From Octopus vulgaris (taxonomy: Eukaryota): a stretch of DNA of 64,000 nucleotides. Both the position numbers and the translations under genes were made by a program. Below the pieces are notes generated by a model. It searched no databases, was not told the DNA's origin, and worked only from the letters and a program-made list of their open reading frames with translations. Positions 51,835-64,000 of the stretch are shown one piece after another. Where the stretch lies: contig OX597815.1 of NCBI GenBank assembly GCA_951406725.2, forward strand, positions 146,568,001 through 146,632,000. Direction: 5' to 3'. Numbering within the stretch: the first letter of the stretch is position 1; each line of letters begins with the position of its first letter.

Positions 51835-54714
51835 TTCTTTATTAATATATATATATATATATATACACATATATATATGTATATAATTAAACACACAAAT
51901 ATATACCTATATAGGGGTAGGGTAAACTAATTCTAAATACTTTTTTCTAAATTCATGTTATACATAAATATATACACACACATATATGCATATACATGCA
52001 TGTGTGTGTGGTGTGTGTATGCATGTGTGTGTGTGTTTGTGTGTGAAGAGGTGAGAGAGCGCAAAATAGCTGTATCACCAATATTAGTGACCAGGCGTAT
52101 TTTCTTGTGCAAGAAATCAGTAGTAAAATGAAAATGACAACAAAAAAAAAGAAAGAAAAACAGGATGATATTCATTCAAGTTGATAATCGTGATATTTAA
52201 CTTTAAGTAAACACTATTGAACTGTGTAAATATTTTGAAATTTTATACATAATATTTTTCTCATTTATTTTCATAAAGAATACACAATTCCCCACTGTTA
52301 TGTTCTCTTGAAATTAATAACAATTCATAAAGCAACAAAATCGTCTATCATTAACATACAAAAGAGCATTTTTTTAAACAGCCGTTAAACACACCTAATA
52401 CATTGATGTACAATATTTATTCATGAATAAGCACTCCTTGGCATTACATATATTTTCGGACAAGCACAATGTCGTAAATACGCTTAAAAATTTACGCTTA
52501 ATCTGATTGTTCGTAGAAATAGGTACATTAATGAAGAATCGTCGGTATGAGCGATACCAACATTTGAGAAACTCTCACATCTAATGTCCGAACCGTCAAT
52601 CTTAGTTATAAACCCCGCTGTAAACTACACTGGAAATAACACAAAGAGAAAAGAAGTTTCTGGAAATTAAAGGGAATACATGAGCTCAATTAAAAGTACA
52701 AAGAAGAAAAGAAGAAAATATTTTTTCTGCCCAGTTTGAGGATGTAATCGTCAAAGCCATTTGTGCAAACAAAATTCTCCCAGTTCAGTAAAAATAATAA
52801 GTGTGCTTACAGACTTTATTCCAATAAAGATGGACAGTTCATTCATACAGCCTACTGACCTTAATTTATAAATAGTCCGAAGCAGCTGTGAAAGAATAAA
52901 GTAATTACAATGCTGTAAACTATCCCAAAGAAATACACAAACAATAAATGTTGCTTAAAACAAAGAAAAAATCATTTATCATTAAAATCTTCGAATTATG
53001 TTGATAACAATAAAACCAGTAATATGTAGAAAGGAAAACCAAGCTCACGTCAGGTATTCATCCAACGATTTGGCGTGTTGAAACGGAAAATGTGTTATCT
53101 TCATGTGTTTGTGTCGTGACAAATTTTCTTAATAACAATGATATATGTATGCACACGTGCCAACACACACTGATATACATATATGTGAGTGAATATATGT
53201 GTGTGCGTGTATTTGTGTGTGTATGTATAGGTATGCTTATGTGTGTACTTCCGCAGAAATAAAATAAAACAAACACTAAATGGAGAATAGAAGTACACAT
53301 GCACTTCCACAATATGTTGCATCAATCAACATACAAGACAAAGAATCGTTGTTCCGTATGTTGTCTCATGCCCTTCTAAATTTACATTCGAAATGCTGTT
53401 GATGCATGCATCCCAGCTTGTCGTCGTACGCTCGTCTAAACTGTGTCAATGACCGTGAAAGCAAAGTCAGCCAAGATTAGATTCAGTCATACTAATCAGG
53501 CAGAATGGAAAGGAGAAAACTAAAAGTAAACCAAACATGCACTCCAGATGAAGGCATCCACCTTACTTCCGAACCTGCATTTCGGAAGACTCCGCGCAAA
53601 CAATGAGAAGTGAATAACAGGATCTGAAGTATTTAATTATTCTTCATTTTCATGATTTATACATGTACATAAGAGCCATAACAATGAACCTTTGTTTCAG
53701 GGACTCTGGGGATTGGAAAAAAGACGGGATGAGGGAAGAACATCTTTTCATTCCAGAGACTTGGTCCAAATGCCTTTAACTGCATGAACTTCGATGAAAG
53801 CATTGAAGGGGCAGTTAGTTTGGGTGAATCTATCCTGGGGTTATAACTGCTATGGCCTGTGCCAATGAATTGTGAGTATAAACCGTCGAAAAGCGGAATA
53901 AATTGATTTAACTAGATACAGTTGTCGACATAACAGCAAAATGATTTAATCGACATTTTGAGCGAATAAAAAAAAATCTTCGCTAATGCTGTCCTTAAGT
54001 ACTCAATAATAGTATCGATAAACATAGACAGGCAATCAGCCTCACGTGCACAGCAGGGTAATGTGAGAGCCCAAAAATTAACACAACCTATCGGTTACCT
54101 TGTTTCGCGTTTATTATTAGAATTTGTAACAATTTCAACAATGAATTCTAATTATACGGATGTTCCGGATTATGGATACGTGGGATTGCTTGTGCGTTGG
54201 ACGAAATACTACGCGAGATTTTGTTACGATGCACTACATTCTGTGAGCAAATCTCATCTGTGTGTACTTTCGTCTTTTATCCTTTCATGCCTAACAAAGA
54301 AAGTATCAGCTAATTATTTGGGTAAATAATTGCCACTCTTTTGTAACAATTTTTACTGATATTCAATTCAAACAAGTAAAATCTTGCAAATTCAAAGTTT
54401 TAAAATATTTTCACAAATTTTAAAAGAATGTCTAACACATGTACACTCCACAAAATCTTAAACTGTAAAATGATAAACAGCAATAAAAACTTGTCTGTTG
54501 ATTAGCAAGCAAAAATATTGCTAGTCTGATGCATGCAGTAGCCCCACAAAGACAAACAGCACCTTCACCACTGTTGCATATTTTAGTGACTTCAGACATG
54601 AAAGTGAATTGAACATTTTCCTCATCAGTTACTCAAATATATATTATCTATAAGTGGTTCAAGCCAGTTATGATAATCTTTCCTACTATAGGTAAAAAGA
54701 CCTGCAGATGTAAC

Positions 54715-54855
54715 CGAGGGAGCCACTCGATTACATCGACACCAGTGATCAACACGTACTTATTTCATCACCCACGAAAAGAAGAAATGTAAAGCCGGCA
54801 CGATGGGATTTGAACTTGAAACGTAAAACGGGAAAAAATGTCGCAAAACATTTTC
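54715..54855 (-). mobile_element. SINE family B, partial
   Basis: tcgattacatcgac.ccagtgatcaac..gtacttattt...ggatttgaact.gaaacgtaaa matches family B. Confidence 0.7.
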
Positions 54856-54997
54856 CGTCTCCCATGGAGTGATATTATTAATAAATATCCTTGAAACAGC
54901 TGTAAGAACTTGTATTTATAAATGCTCTAATATCTATACAGCCTTGGTTTTTTATCTTATTACGCCAAAAATTCATATATATATATATATATATATA

Positions 54998-55157
54998 TTC
55001 TGTTTTCTCTCCTTGTTTTTTCTGTGTCCCTTCCTGTAGAAGAGCGTAGGCTCGAAACGTAAATGATTTTTGCTATTCTTGAGCGTTATACTAATAAATC
55101 TGTTTGTTTTGTACACCACCTGTCTTCGTCTTTTGTCTTTTCCGTAAACTCTCCCTA
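54998..55157 (+). mobile_element. PLE family B 3' terminal fragment
   Basis: Highly similar to 31030-31177; lies between (TA)n and (CA)n. Confidence 0.8.
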
Positions 55158-55435
55158 CACACACACACACACACACATACACACACACTCATGACCTCGC
55201 GTACACGTCATTTGTTATGTACAAGCGTACACGCAAACATAGACCGACTTCCACTGACAAATATTCAATAAAACGGAAAAATATGTCATTCTGTTTTTAT
55301 ATGAATGAAAAGAAAATAAGGTCGTACTCTAGCATGGTAGCAGCCCTTTGACTGAAGCTCTTAAATGAATGTAAAAAGATGACACTACATATACATATAC
55401 ATGCGCACAGACACACACACATATACATATGCAAT

Positions 55436-55479
<44 letters not shown>

Positions 55480-56102
55480 TTTATATGTATGTGAGTGTGT
55501 GTGTCTGTGTGCATCTGTATGTATATGTATTCTGTTGTTTCTATATATAAATGTCTTATAAATTCCACACAGCCTTGACTTTTTGTCATTTTATTTAACA
55601 CACACACACACACATATGCGTGTGTCTGTATATGTGTATATATATATTCAATTTCCTTACCACGTAGAAGTGTTTCTGATTGCTAGAAATTCTATTGCGC
55701 TATAAAATAAATTAAAAGATACCTACAGTCATTGAATATAGAGTGAAATTTCTTACTGTGTACAAGAAAATGTGAAAGAAACCGAAACGGACAGACAACT
55801 CACAGAAAGAAAACAACGTATCTTATATAAAAGACAGTATTAAGTAGGTGATATAATGTGAAATAGATGAAGGAAGAAAGCTGAAGATACATCCCAGTGA
55901 CGCCTGGTTGTTCGGTGAGATGTTACTTTAAGATAAATCAGTATGGCTGCAGATTCTTGTATTTTAAAAAAAGATGGCAATACATAAATAAATAAAAAAT
56001 ATAAACATAGGATTAATACAACTACCACTAGCATCAACACCACTAACATTTGCTTCGACCAGTATCCCGCCGTCACTGCCACTGCTGCTGCTGCTGTTGC
56101 TG

Positions 56103-56103
<1 letters not shown>

Positions 56104-56148
<45 letters not shown>

Positions 56149-56203
56149 CACCACCACCACCACCACCACCACCACCACCACCACCACCACCACCACCACC
56201 ACC

Positions 56204-56250
<47 letters not shown>

Positions 56251-56400
56251 CACCACCACCACCACCACCACCACCACCACTACTACTACTACTACTGCTA
56301 TGCTGCTGATTGTGCTGCTGTCACTGCTGCTGCACCTGCTGTTTTGCTATTAACGTCTGTTCTTGATCCTTGTCTTCATCATAGCAACAAATATTCTTTT

Positions 56401-56432
<32 letters not shown>

Positions 56433-56462
56433 TTTTTCTTCTTCTTCTTCTCCTTCTTCTTC

Positions 56463-56494
<32 letters not shown>

Positions 56495-56546
56495 CTTCTT
56501 CTTCTTCTTCTTCTTCTTCTTCTTCTTCTTCTTCTTCTTCTTCTTC
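56104..56546. repeat. (ACT/ACC)n and (CTT)n trinucleotide tracts
   Basis: Directly visible; source of the homopolymer ORFs (poly-V/H/P/L/S/E/R). Confidence 0.95.
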
Positions 56547-57819
56547 TGTTGTTCTTGTCATTATTACTGCTGCAGTCACTTTTGTTCATATTGTCGCTAT
56601 TGTTGTTTTTTTTTTTATATGTTCCTAATATTTTGGCGTCAATGGCTGTGTTTTCAATCCTCCCAGAATAGTGGGTTATTACGTTGTGAAAAGAATTTTC
56701 TTTTTCATTTTGAGCGAATGGTGGGATTATTTTGCAAACATACCTGTTAGAGATGGTTGGACATATATATCAGAACTTCACGTAGACAATAGGTCTGCAT
56801 TTAAGACACTATTTTATTTTTCCGAAAAACATTTCGGTGCTTACAATTTAATCAATGTGAAATTTTCTATTAGAAAAAGCAATATTGTTTCTTTTATAGA
56901 GGAAATAACAAAGGATATATGCTCGTAGAGAAAAATATGGAAACAATGTTTGAATTCACGAAAACAGTATTTTTTACAAAAAATAGTATGAAAAATTAAA
57001 ATATACAACTCACACATGGAGGAGGCAGAATTCCAAACCTGAATACGTAAATATTCGTGATATAGACAATAGACAAATGCATCATATCCAGTAATCCTCC
57101 ACTGTAACGAAACGCATCTGCAACACTAGCAACGCAGACTTTTATAATATTAAGAAAAGTTTTGAGGACTATTCACTTGCGATCATTATAAGCCGGAAAG
57201 GGGCTTCAGCAAGGTGTTTTTTTCAAATAAAGGAAAGAGGTGTGGTAGTCGTTTGTCGCCAAGAAGTATACTTCTTTTCCAAGAACGGAACAGCATTATC
57301 ATAACCTAACCTCTGATTTTGAAGTCGGAATGAAGTTTTCATTACTTTTTTCAAAGGAAGAGTTAAACAGAGGCCTGGAACACTTATGCTGTATACTATA
57401 CTGATTAGGACATTTGGTAACACGTTGGCACTTGGATTGCCATCACTTCTGTGTCATAATGCATAAAGATGGTGAGTGCTCAGGTGGCACATAATAACAG
57501 ATAGTGATGTGGGTGTTTATGACTACGCAAGTTCTGATATCCGCAGTCTAATATAGAACATTTTAGTAAATGTAACCAATCCTAAATGCCAAAATGAAAG
57601 GTGATAATAATGATAGCATGATATTGAAAGCTCAGTTGTTAACAAGAAACGGGAGAGACATCTTTATAGTTACATGAATTGAGTAGTTTATAATATTTGA
57701 AAAAAAGAGAATACGAAGAACGATGAAGATCGCCACAATCACAGGAGTTCCCAGAACAGTGCATATTCTAGAACGCTGCAACCTGCATTTCCAACCGAAA
57801 GAATTTACATTGTCTACGC

Positions 57820-58154
57820 CATAGGTTCTCAAAGTGGGCGTTACCGTCCTCCGGCAGGCGTTGAGACGGTCCAAGTGGGGGGTGGTGATGCCTAAGGGTG
57901 GCGGTGGGGTGGGGTGGCAGAGAAAAAGGAGGCGTTGGGAGGAAGGCAGTGGATTAGGGACGCTATGAATTTATTATTACATTATTATAATATTGTATAC
58001 AAATGATATATTGTATTAAATATCAAATGATTCATAATATATATAAATTTCTAAAATATAAAATATTCATTTATACATAAAAATAGAGATGGGGCGCTGA
58101 AGGTACTATGTGGCCATGGGGGGAGCGGGTGCCCCAAAAGTTTGTGAACCTCTG
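57820..58154. mobile_element. hAT (Charlie-like) MITE
   Basis: TIRs cataggttctcaaagt / agtttgtgaacctctg. 8-bp flanks gtctacgc (57812) and ttctacac (58155) match at 6/8 and resemble the NTCTAGAN target. Confidence 0.75.
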
Positions 58155-59330
58155 TTCTACACTGCCGATATTAGGATATTTGCTTCAATATTTAGTAGTA
58201 CCTCACTCATATCTTGTGGCTATGAAAAAAGAAAAAATCAACAGGGGAAATTAAAAAGGTGGCAAATCCTCAGGGAGGATATAAAGAAATAAATAAAAAT
58301 ACTCTCAACTAAAAAAAAAGTAAACAAAAATTACAAAAATGCGACTGTGAGGAGTTGAGAAAAAATGCTTGTCTTTTGCTTCGAATAACCAAAGACCGAC
58401 AAAAAACTGAAAATTCAAAAGAAATTTGTAAAGAGTCAGTCTTCAATTGTAAAAGCATACTGTTGGTGAAATATACTTTATATGATAGTGGACAGCTATA
58501 GTTTAACCATGGAGAGAACAAAAGCGAATTGTTATTGTTTTACAATCCAGCAATTTAGAAATATTTTCTTCGGTCAAGTATATTAAAAATCTCGATGCAG
58601 AGAATCTAGGGGAAAAGATTTGTTAAAATCGTAATCAACCCGATAAAACCCATGTGACTTAGTATGAGCCACCCAGTTTGTTTTTGAGTTAGACATATCA
58701 CTTGTTCTGCTGGCATTTATAAGTCATTGTATCTACTGTTATATACACAAACGCACTCTTACATTAAGATCTATCTATATATACATGCACATACGTCTTT
58801 TGCGTAAAGGCATACGTATACATACTTATGTACACACACATAGACATACAAACACGAATAACAAAGTTATTGTATTATACACGAGTAGAAATATAGAAAA
58901 TGGAGTTGAAAGTGCCATGAGATATTAAGATCGTAAATCTTTTTAACGCTCAACTGGTTTCACGGATTTTTCTAATTTTCTAAAGTCAAGTGAGATATAA
59001 AAAACCCGGGGCTATACCGCAACTGTCTTGAATTGTAGATGTAATGGAGTTCCCCGCCACCTCCATACGCTGATGTCATGTGACAATATTCTTTGCGGCT
59101 AAAGGTAAGGCTGACACGGTTGAGTGAACGTGTCAAGAGACTGCCGAAACATTCAAGACTGTAAATTTATTCTGTCACGTTGTAGAGTGAATAGTTTGTA
59201 TATAATCACGTGGCTGAATGGTTATGATTTTTATGTATCTGCGTAGACATAGAATTTTATTCTCCACTAAATTCGTGCGTTAGTGTCATGCAAGAAGTCA
59301 TGGGCTTAGATTAGAGAAGAAATGAAATCC

Positions 59331-59392
<62 letters not shown>

Positions 59393-59416
59393 GTTATTAT
59401 CATTATTATCATTATT

Positions 59417-59822
59417 TCTCCTTATCACAAGTTTTGTAGAGGTTCATGGATTCTTGCATAAGTAGCAGGCTTACAACCGGCAGCTATCCCTTCTTTTCAG
59501 CTATCTTCTACTTTGCTGATTATTGTGGCCGTGCCAAGAGTGTAAATGTTTTTGTAACAGTTAAACTGGACACTCTATTCTAGTATCCTTTATATTCCTC
59601 TTGATACATTTTGATACTGCTCCGAATAACTCAATAATAATTGGCACTATTTTCACCTTCTTCATTTTCTCTAGCCAGGCTATTTCGTACTTGAGAGGTT
59701 TGTATCTATCTATCTTTTCGGCTTCCTTCTTGACTATTCATGGGTTAAAAAGGCATGCAGCATCAACTATATGGCATATGTGGTGCGCCTTGTCCACAAC
59801 CACTAGGTCCGGCCTTTTATTA
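59417..59822 (-). mobile_element. R4/Dong-like LINE 3' fragment (RLE domain), second subfamily
   Basis: Minus strand KRPDLVVVDKAHHICHIVDAACLFNP*IVKKEAEKIDRYKPLKYEIAWL..MKKVKIVPIII (PD...D...K..Y RLE motif). 3' end runs into (TAA)n at 59331-59416. Confidence 0.8.
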
Positions 59823-60025
59823 TAATAGTTATTATCATTTCTAATACTACTAGTAAAACAAATAATAATGATAATAGGAGTTATTTTACAATTGGAAGTA
59901 GCAATAAATTTTGTTACAATAATGGATATTGTTAGTAACATTGGACTCAGCAATGATGCACGGAAAATCATATTTCTGTTTTCCGTATATCCCATTAGTT
60001 AAAGCTAGTTACTTCGTAGCAGAAT

Positions 60026-60068
<43 letters not shown>

Positions 60069-60344
60069 TTTAGTAGTAGTAGTAGTAGTAGTAGCAGTAG
60101 GAGGAGTAGGAGTAGGAGGGGGAGTAGAAGAATAGTAAGAAACCACAGAAGCAGCTATAAAGTCATTGAATGTAAACGTTCATTAATGAATAATAAAGAT
60201 TTTTTTTTCAAAGATTTTTATTTTAAAAAAATGAATTCTTTGCTAATTTCCCGCTTGCGTCAGGAGATATATTCTATTTGACTGTATGATCTGGCTTTCT
60301 ATCTCTTGTAATAAACATCTAGGCATAATCATATTTGATATATC

Positions 60345-60560
<216 letters not shown>

Positions 60561-61544
60561 TAGCATGTGTGTAAGAAAGCATCTTCATCATTTTTTTTTC
60601 TTTTCGGTTAAGATATGAATCAGTTTATTTCTCTAACAACAATAGATGCCAGGCAACTGACATTAGTTTTTGGGGTTTGGGGGGTTTCTTTATTCTAAAG
60701 ACAAATTAGAATACACTAGCTTTGTAGTAATACATTTATAAATGAAATATTACTGTGGTTTCTCTTAAATTTCTGCTTATATTTTCTTATCCTTAAAGAC
60801 TTTTTTCTGAGAATATTCAGAATTCATTTGGAAAAAGAAATGTAGAAAATATCTTTGTTTATCAAGTCATATATTTTTATTATTACTGTCTGCAAAGTTT
60901 ATAATGCAAGCTACTTAGATGGATACATGTTTTCTATTAACTTCCTTTCTTTGCCGTCTTACTTTTTCTTTTGTAATATCTGTTGCAAGACAGATAATGT
61001 GTTATTAGGAACTGAAAATAACAAATTAAATATCTATACGTATTTTATGAATTTATTTATGATTTAGATTCATAATCTAATTTAATATTAACTTTTGATA
61101 GTGTATATGTATACACAATATAACCAGCCGACATTATTAAGCGAGTATGGCTCAGTATTATGTTCCATGCATTATGATTATTGTTTTAGGTACCAATGTT
61201 ATCGAGAACAGATTTTGACATTCTCTATATCGTCACCAAAGAGACCCGGCAGAACAGCTAATTTTACGATGAGTGATAAGTGAGAGACAGAGAGAGGGAG
61301 CTGAGAATGATACAGGAACATAAAGTGGAATACTTTGCTCAAGGTCGCAACTCGATCTCGAAACTATATGATCGTGAGGTGAACATCCTAACGACTTTTC
61401 ATGTCTTCACTGTTATACGAAAAAGATATAATTAGGATGGTTGGACATAGCAAGCGTTTCCATTCAAATATCAAATATCGATAGAACATGCACCAGTTAA
61501 GTGAATAGGGATCACTTAATAGAACACACTACACAGTAAATATT

Positions 61545-61744
61545 CTTCTCTGCCCGAAATTTCTGGGGAGGAGACCAGTCGATTAGATCGACCTAAGTAT
61601 GCAACTGGTACTTAATTTATCGACCCTGAAATGATGAAAGGCAAAACAGACCTTGGTGGAATTTGAACTCAGAACGTAAAGACAGACGAAATACCGCTAC
61701 GTATTTCGTCCGGCGTGCTAAAGTTTCTACCAGCTCGCCGCCTT
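61545..61744 (-). mobile_element. tRNA-derived SINE family B with a 17-bp TSD
   Basis: Minus strand aaggcggcgagctggtagaa...GAGTTCAAATTCC. Flanked by actacacagtaaatatt (61528-61544) and actccacagtaaatatt (61745-61761). Confidence 0.9.
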
Positions 61745-61959
61745 ACTCCACAGTAAATATTATGTCATGAACACGGTAAATATTATTTAGTATACTATGA
61801 TAAGTAATAAAAGTTTTAAACATAACTTCGGTGACACTGTTTCTTCTTAGTTTATTATAATCATTTACAAAAATTTCAAAATTTGGCGTGTAGAGAATCA
61901 TTGAAATCGGTGTAGATTCATGGTTTCTGATTGTTTTATCAAATCTGGACAAAGGAATG

Positions 61960-62043
<84 letters not shown>

Positions 62044-63126
62044 TTATCGTTTAAATTTGCTTATGGTAACGTTTTGAATATGCAAATTAATCTCCTATTC
62101 CATTATGACAGGCACAGTTTAATGATACTGATTGGTGAAGCACTTTTTCGGGGTTCCATCAAAAATCATCTGAGAAACCATTTCTCATCATTTTCGAATA
62201 TAAATGAGACAACCCACATTTCTATCGAACTTCGTCTGGAGACCAAGATAGCATGGAGTTAAACCTTCGACCAAATGGTCTATTATAAAAAATAGTGCAC
62301 CATATAAGAGAACATCACGAGTATGCGACCTATGGCTTGAAGAAACCTTGAAAATAATCACATCCAGGGTAAACGTGATAAATAGGCACTCTGTGATGAT
62401 CATATCATGTAAACGTAAGAAAAAACGTCATTCATGGAGTCTGGAAAAAATATTTTGAAACAAAATAACACCATATAGAAAAGCGAAGGAACCTAAACAA
62501 ATAAACAAACCAACCACTATTTGAGATGCTATACACCATATCAGGAAACATAATCAAGAGGTCACCATAAGAAAATAGCATTTATCAATTTAGTCAACAA
62601 ATCCCTCTGCATAGCAGCAGCACTTGACCACACGTTGAGATCAGAATTTATTGAAGATAGTCATGCCTTAAATGAAATTAAACAAACGAATGTACTACTC
62701 ATCCCTAACATCTGCTGAATGAAGAGCAAAATACATCCAACACCACCACACGCACCTCCACACCCATACAACAACCATTCCTTTCTCTTTTCCCATCTCC
62801 TTCTACTCTTCCCCGCCAAATACACACACATATGTGCACATAACTCGCTTGACCTTCATACTGGTAAAAAGAGAAAAATTTAGCTCTGTGGTTCATCCAC
62901 TAATGTTATATCGCCTGAAGAAAGGAATCAGTGATTATGATGATGATCAACGGGCTGCCCACGGATACTACGGACTACAATGTAGGGAATAAGGATTTTG
63001 ATGTTAAATGCGGAATACGGACCGTGATATTAAAAGTCATGGGGTTTGTGGAAACGCGCGTAGTGTGGCATTAAATGCTTATAAATTTCATCTTACGATT
63101 ATCGTTATTATTATTATTATTATTAA

Positions 63127-63198
<72 letters not shown>

Positions 63199-63199
<1 letters not shown>

Positions 63200-63584
63200 T
63201 GCACAGCATGTAACGCTGGAGATGTATTACAGTGTCAGATCTTCGCTACTAGTAAACTAATGTAACGCCTCTTATTTTTCGAGTACCTTCCGGAGTATTT
63301 GAGCGGTTCAAATCAGTGCTGTTTTCTACAAGTGCTCCACCCTTATTGCAGTCCCTATTTGTTCCACGTACTTCTTGACATTTTTACTCACTGTTCGCAG
63401 GCCTCCGACAATGATTGGTACTACTGCAACCTTTTTCATCGACCGCAACTGCTTAACTTCCCAAGCTAACCTGTCATATCTCTCGACTTTTCTTTCTTCC
63501 TTATCGCATACCTTGTCGTCAGCTGGACATGCTATATCTATGATCCAGCTTTGTTTTCTTTCTCAGTTAAGAGTGTTTGGCCTC
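63199..63584 (-). mobile_element. R4/Dong-like LINE 3' fragment (same family as 23921-24587)
   Basis: Minus strand WIIDIACPADDKVCDKEERKVERYDRLAWEVKQLRSMKKVAVVPIIVGGLRTVSKNVKKYVEQIG...TAQILRKVLEK*. The 3' UTR (taacgctggagatgta.tacagtgtcag) is shared with 23921. Ends in (TAA)n. Confidence 0.85.
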
Positions 63585-64000
63585 TTCTTGTTCTTCTTGT
63601 TCTTCTTGTTCTTGTTGTTGTTGTTGTTGTTGTTGTTCTTCTTCTTCTTTTTCTTATACACACATGCGCGTGCACACACACATATACAAACTTATATATA
63701 TAAATACATATACACACACGCGCGCACACACACATATAGAGAGATAGGTAGATTAATCCTAAGTTATTGATTACATGCATGTCATGAAAGGAATTGCGTA
63801 ACAAGAGACACGATATTTTGTACAAATCAAATATACTTAGATCGTCTAACATAATGCGATAATTGCGTTTAGTAATGTCATTATTTTACGATGGTATATC
63901 TAATTTCTATACAACACACGACAAACGTTTTTTAAGTAATAGTTTTGAAAATATAGGCCTGAAGTTTACAGAGGCCGAAAAGTATTCGATTCTTGGTGGG

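Noticed and set aside
53701-53871. Exon-like segment (tttgtttcag|...|gtgagt, 171 nt)
   Set aside because: Stops in all three frames and no partner exons; it could be a non-coding exon but cannot be supported without RNA data.

Overview
AT-rich, microsatellite-dense eukaryotic (animal) DNA. I cannot support any host protein-coding exon, and almost all short ORFs in the track are translated microsatellites. The SINE families resemble those I recall from octopus, so a cephalopod origin is likely (inference, not checked). The dominant feature is a young Penelope-like retroelement (PLE, Neptune-type, RT + GIY-YIG) at 8202-12197. It is 5'-truncated, keeps an uninterrupted 620-aa frame, and is preceded by a near-perfect 1475-bp inverted copy of its own 3' end. 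Each arm carries a CCAAT/TATA-like promoter module and a minimal hammerhead-ribozyme-like motif with a non-canonical core (CCGAAGA). The inversion junction contains a ~26-bp imperfect duplication that looks like repeated template switching. A second PLE family (four fragments) carries a different non-canonical hammerhead-like motif (CTGTRGA-A). The window also has three R4/Dong-like RLE LINE fragments ending in (TAA)n, two maT/mariner transposase relics, Helitron, hAT and piggyBac-like non-autonomous elements, two tRNA-derived SINE families, several foldbacks and palindromes, an inverted triplication and an exact 226-bp tandem duplication. Inverted PLE structures and PLE hammerheads are already known in general; the atypical cores and the junction detail are the most novel-looking parts. 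All alignments were done by eye.
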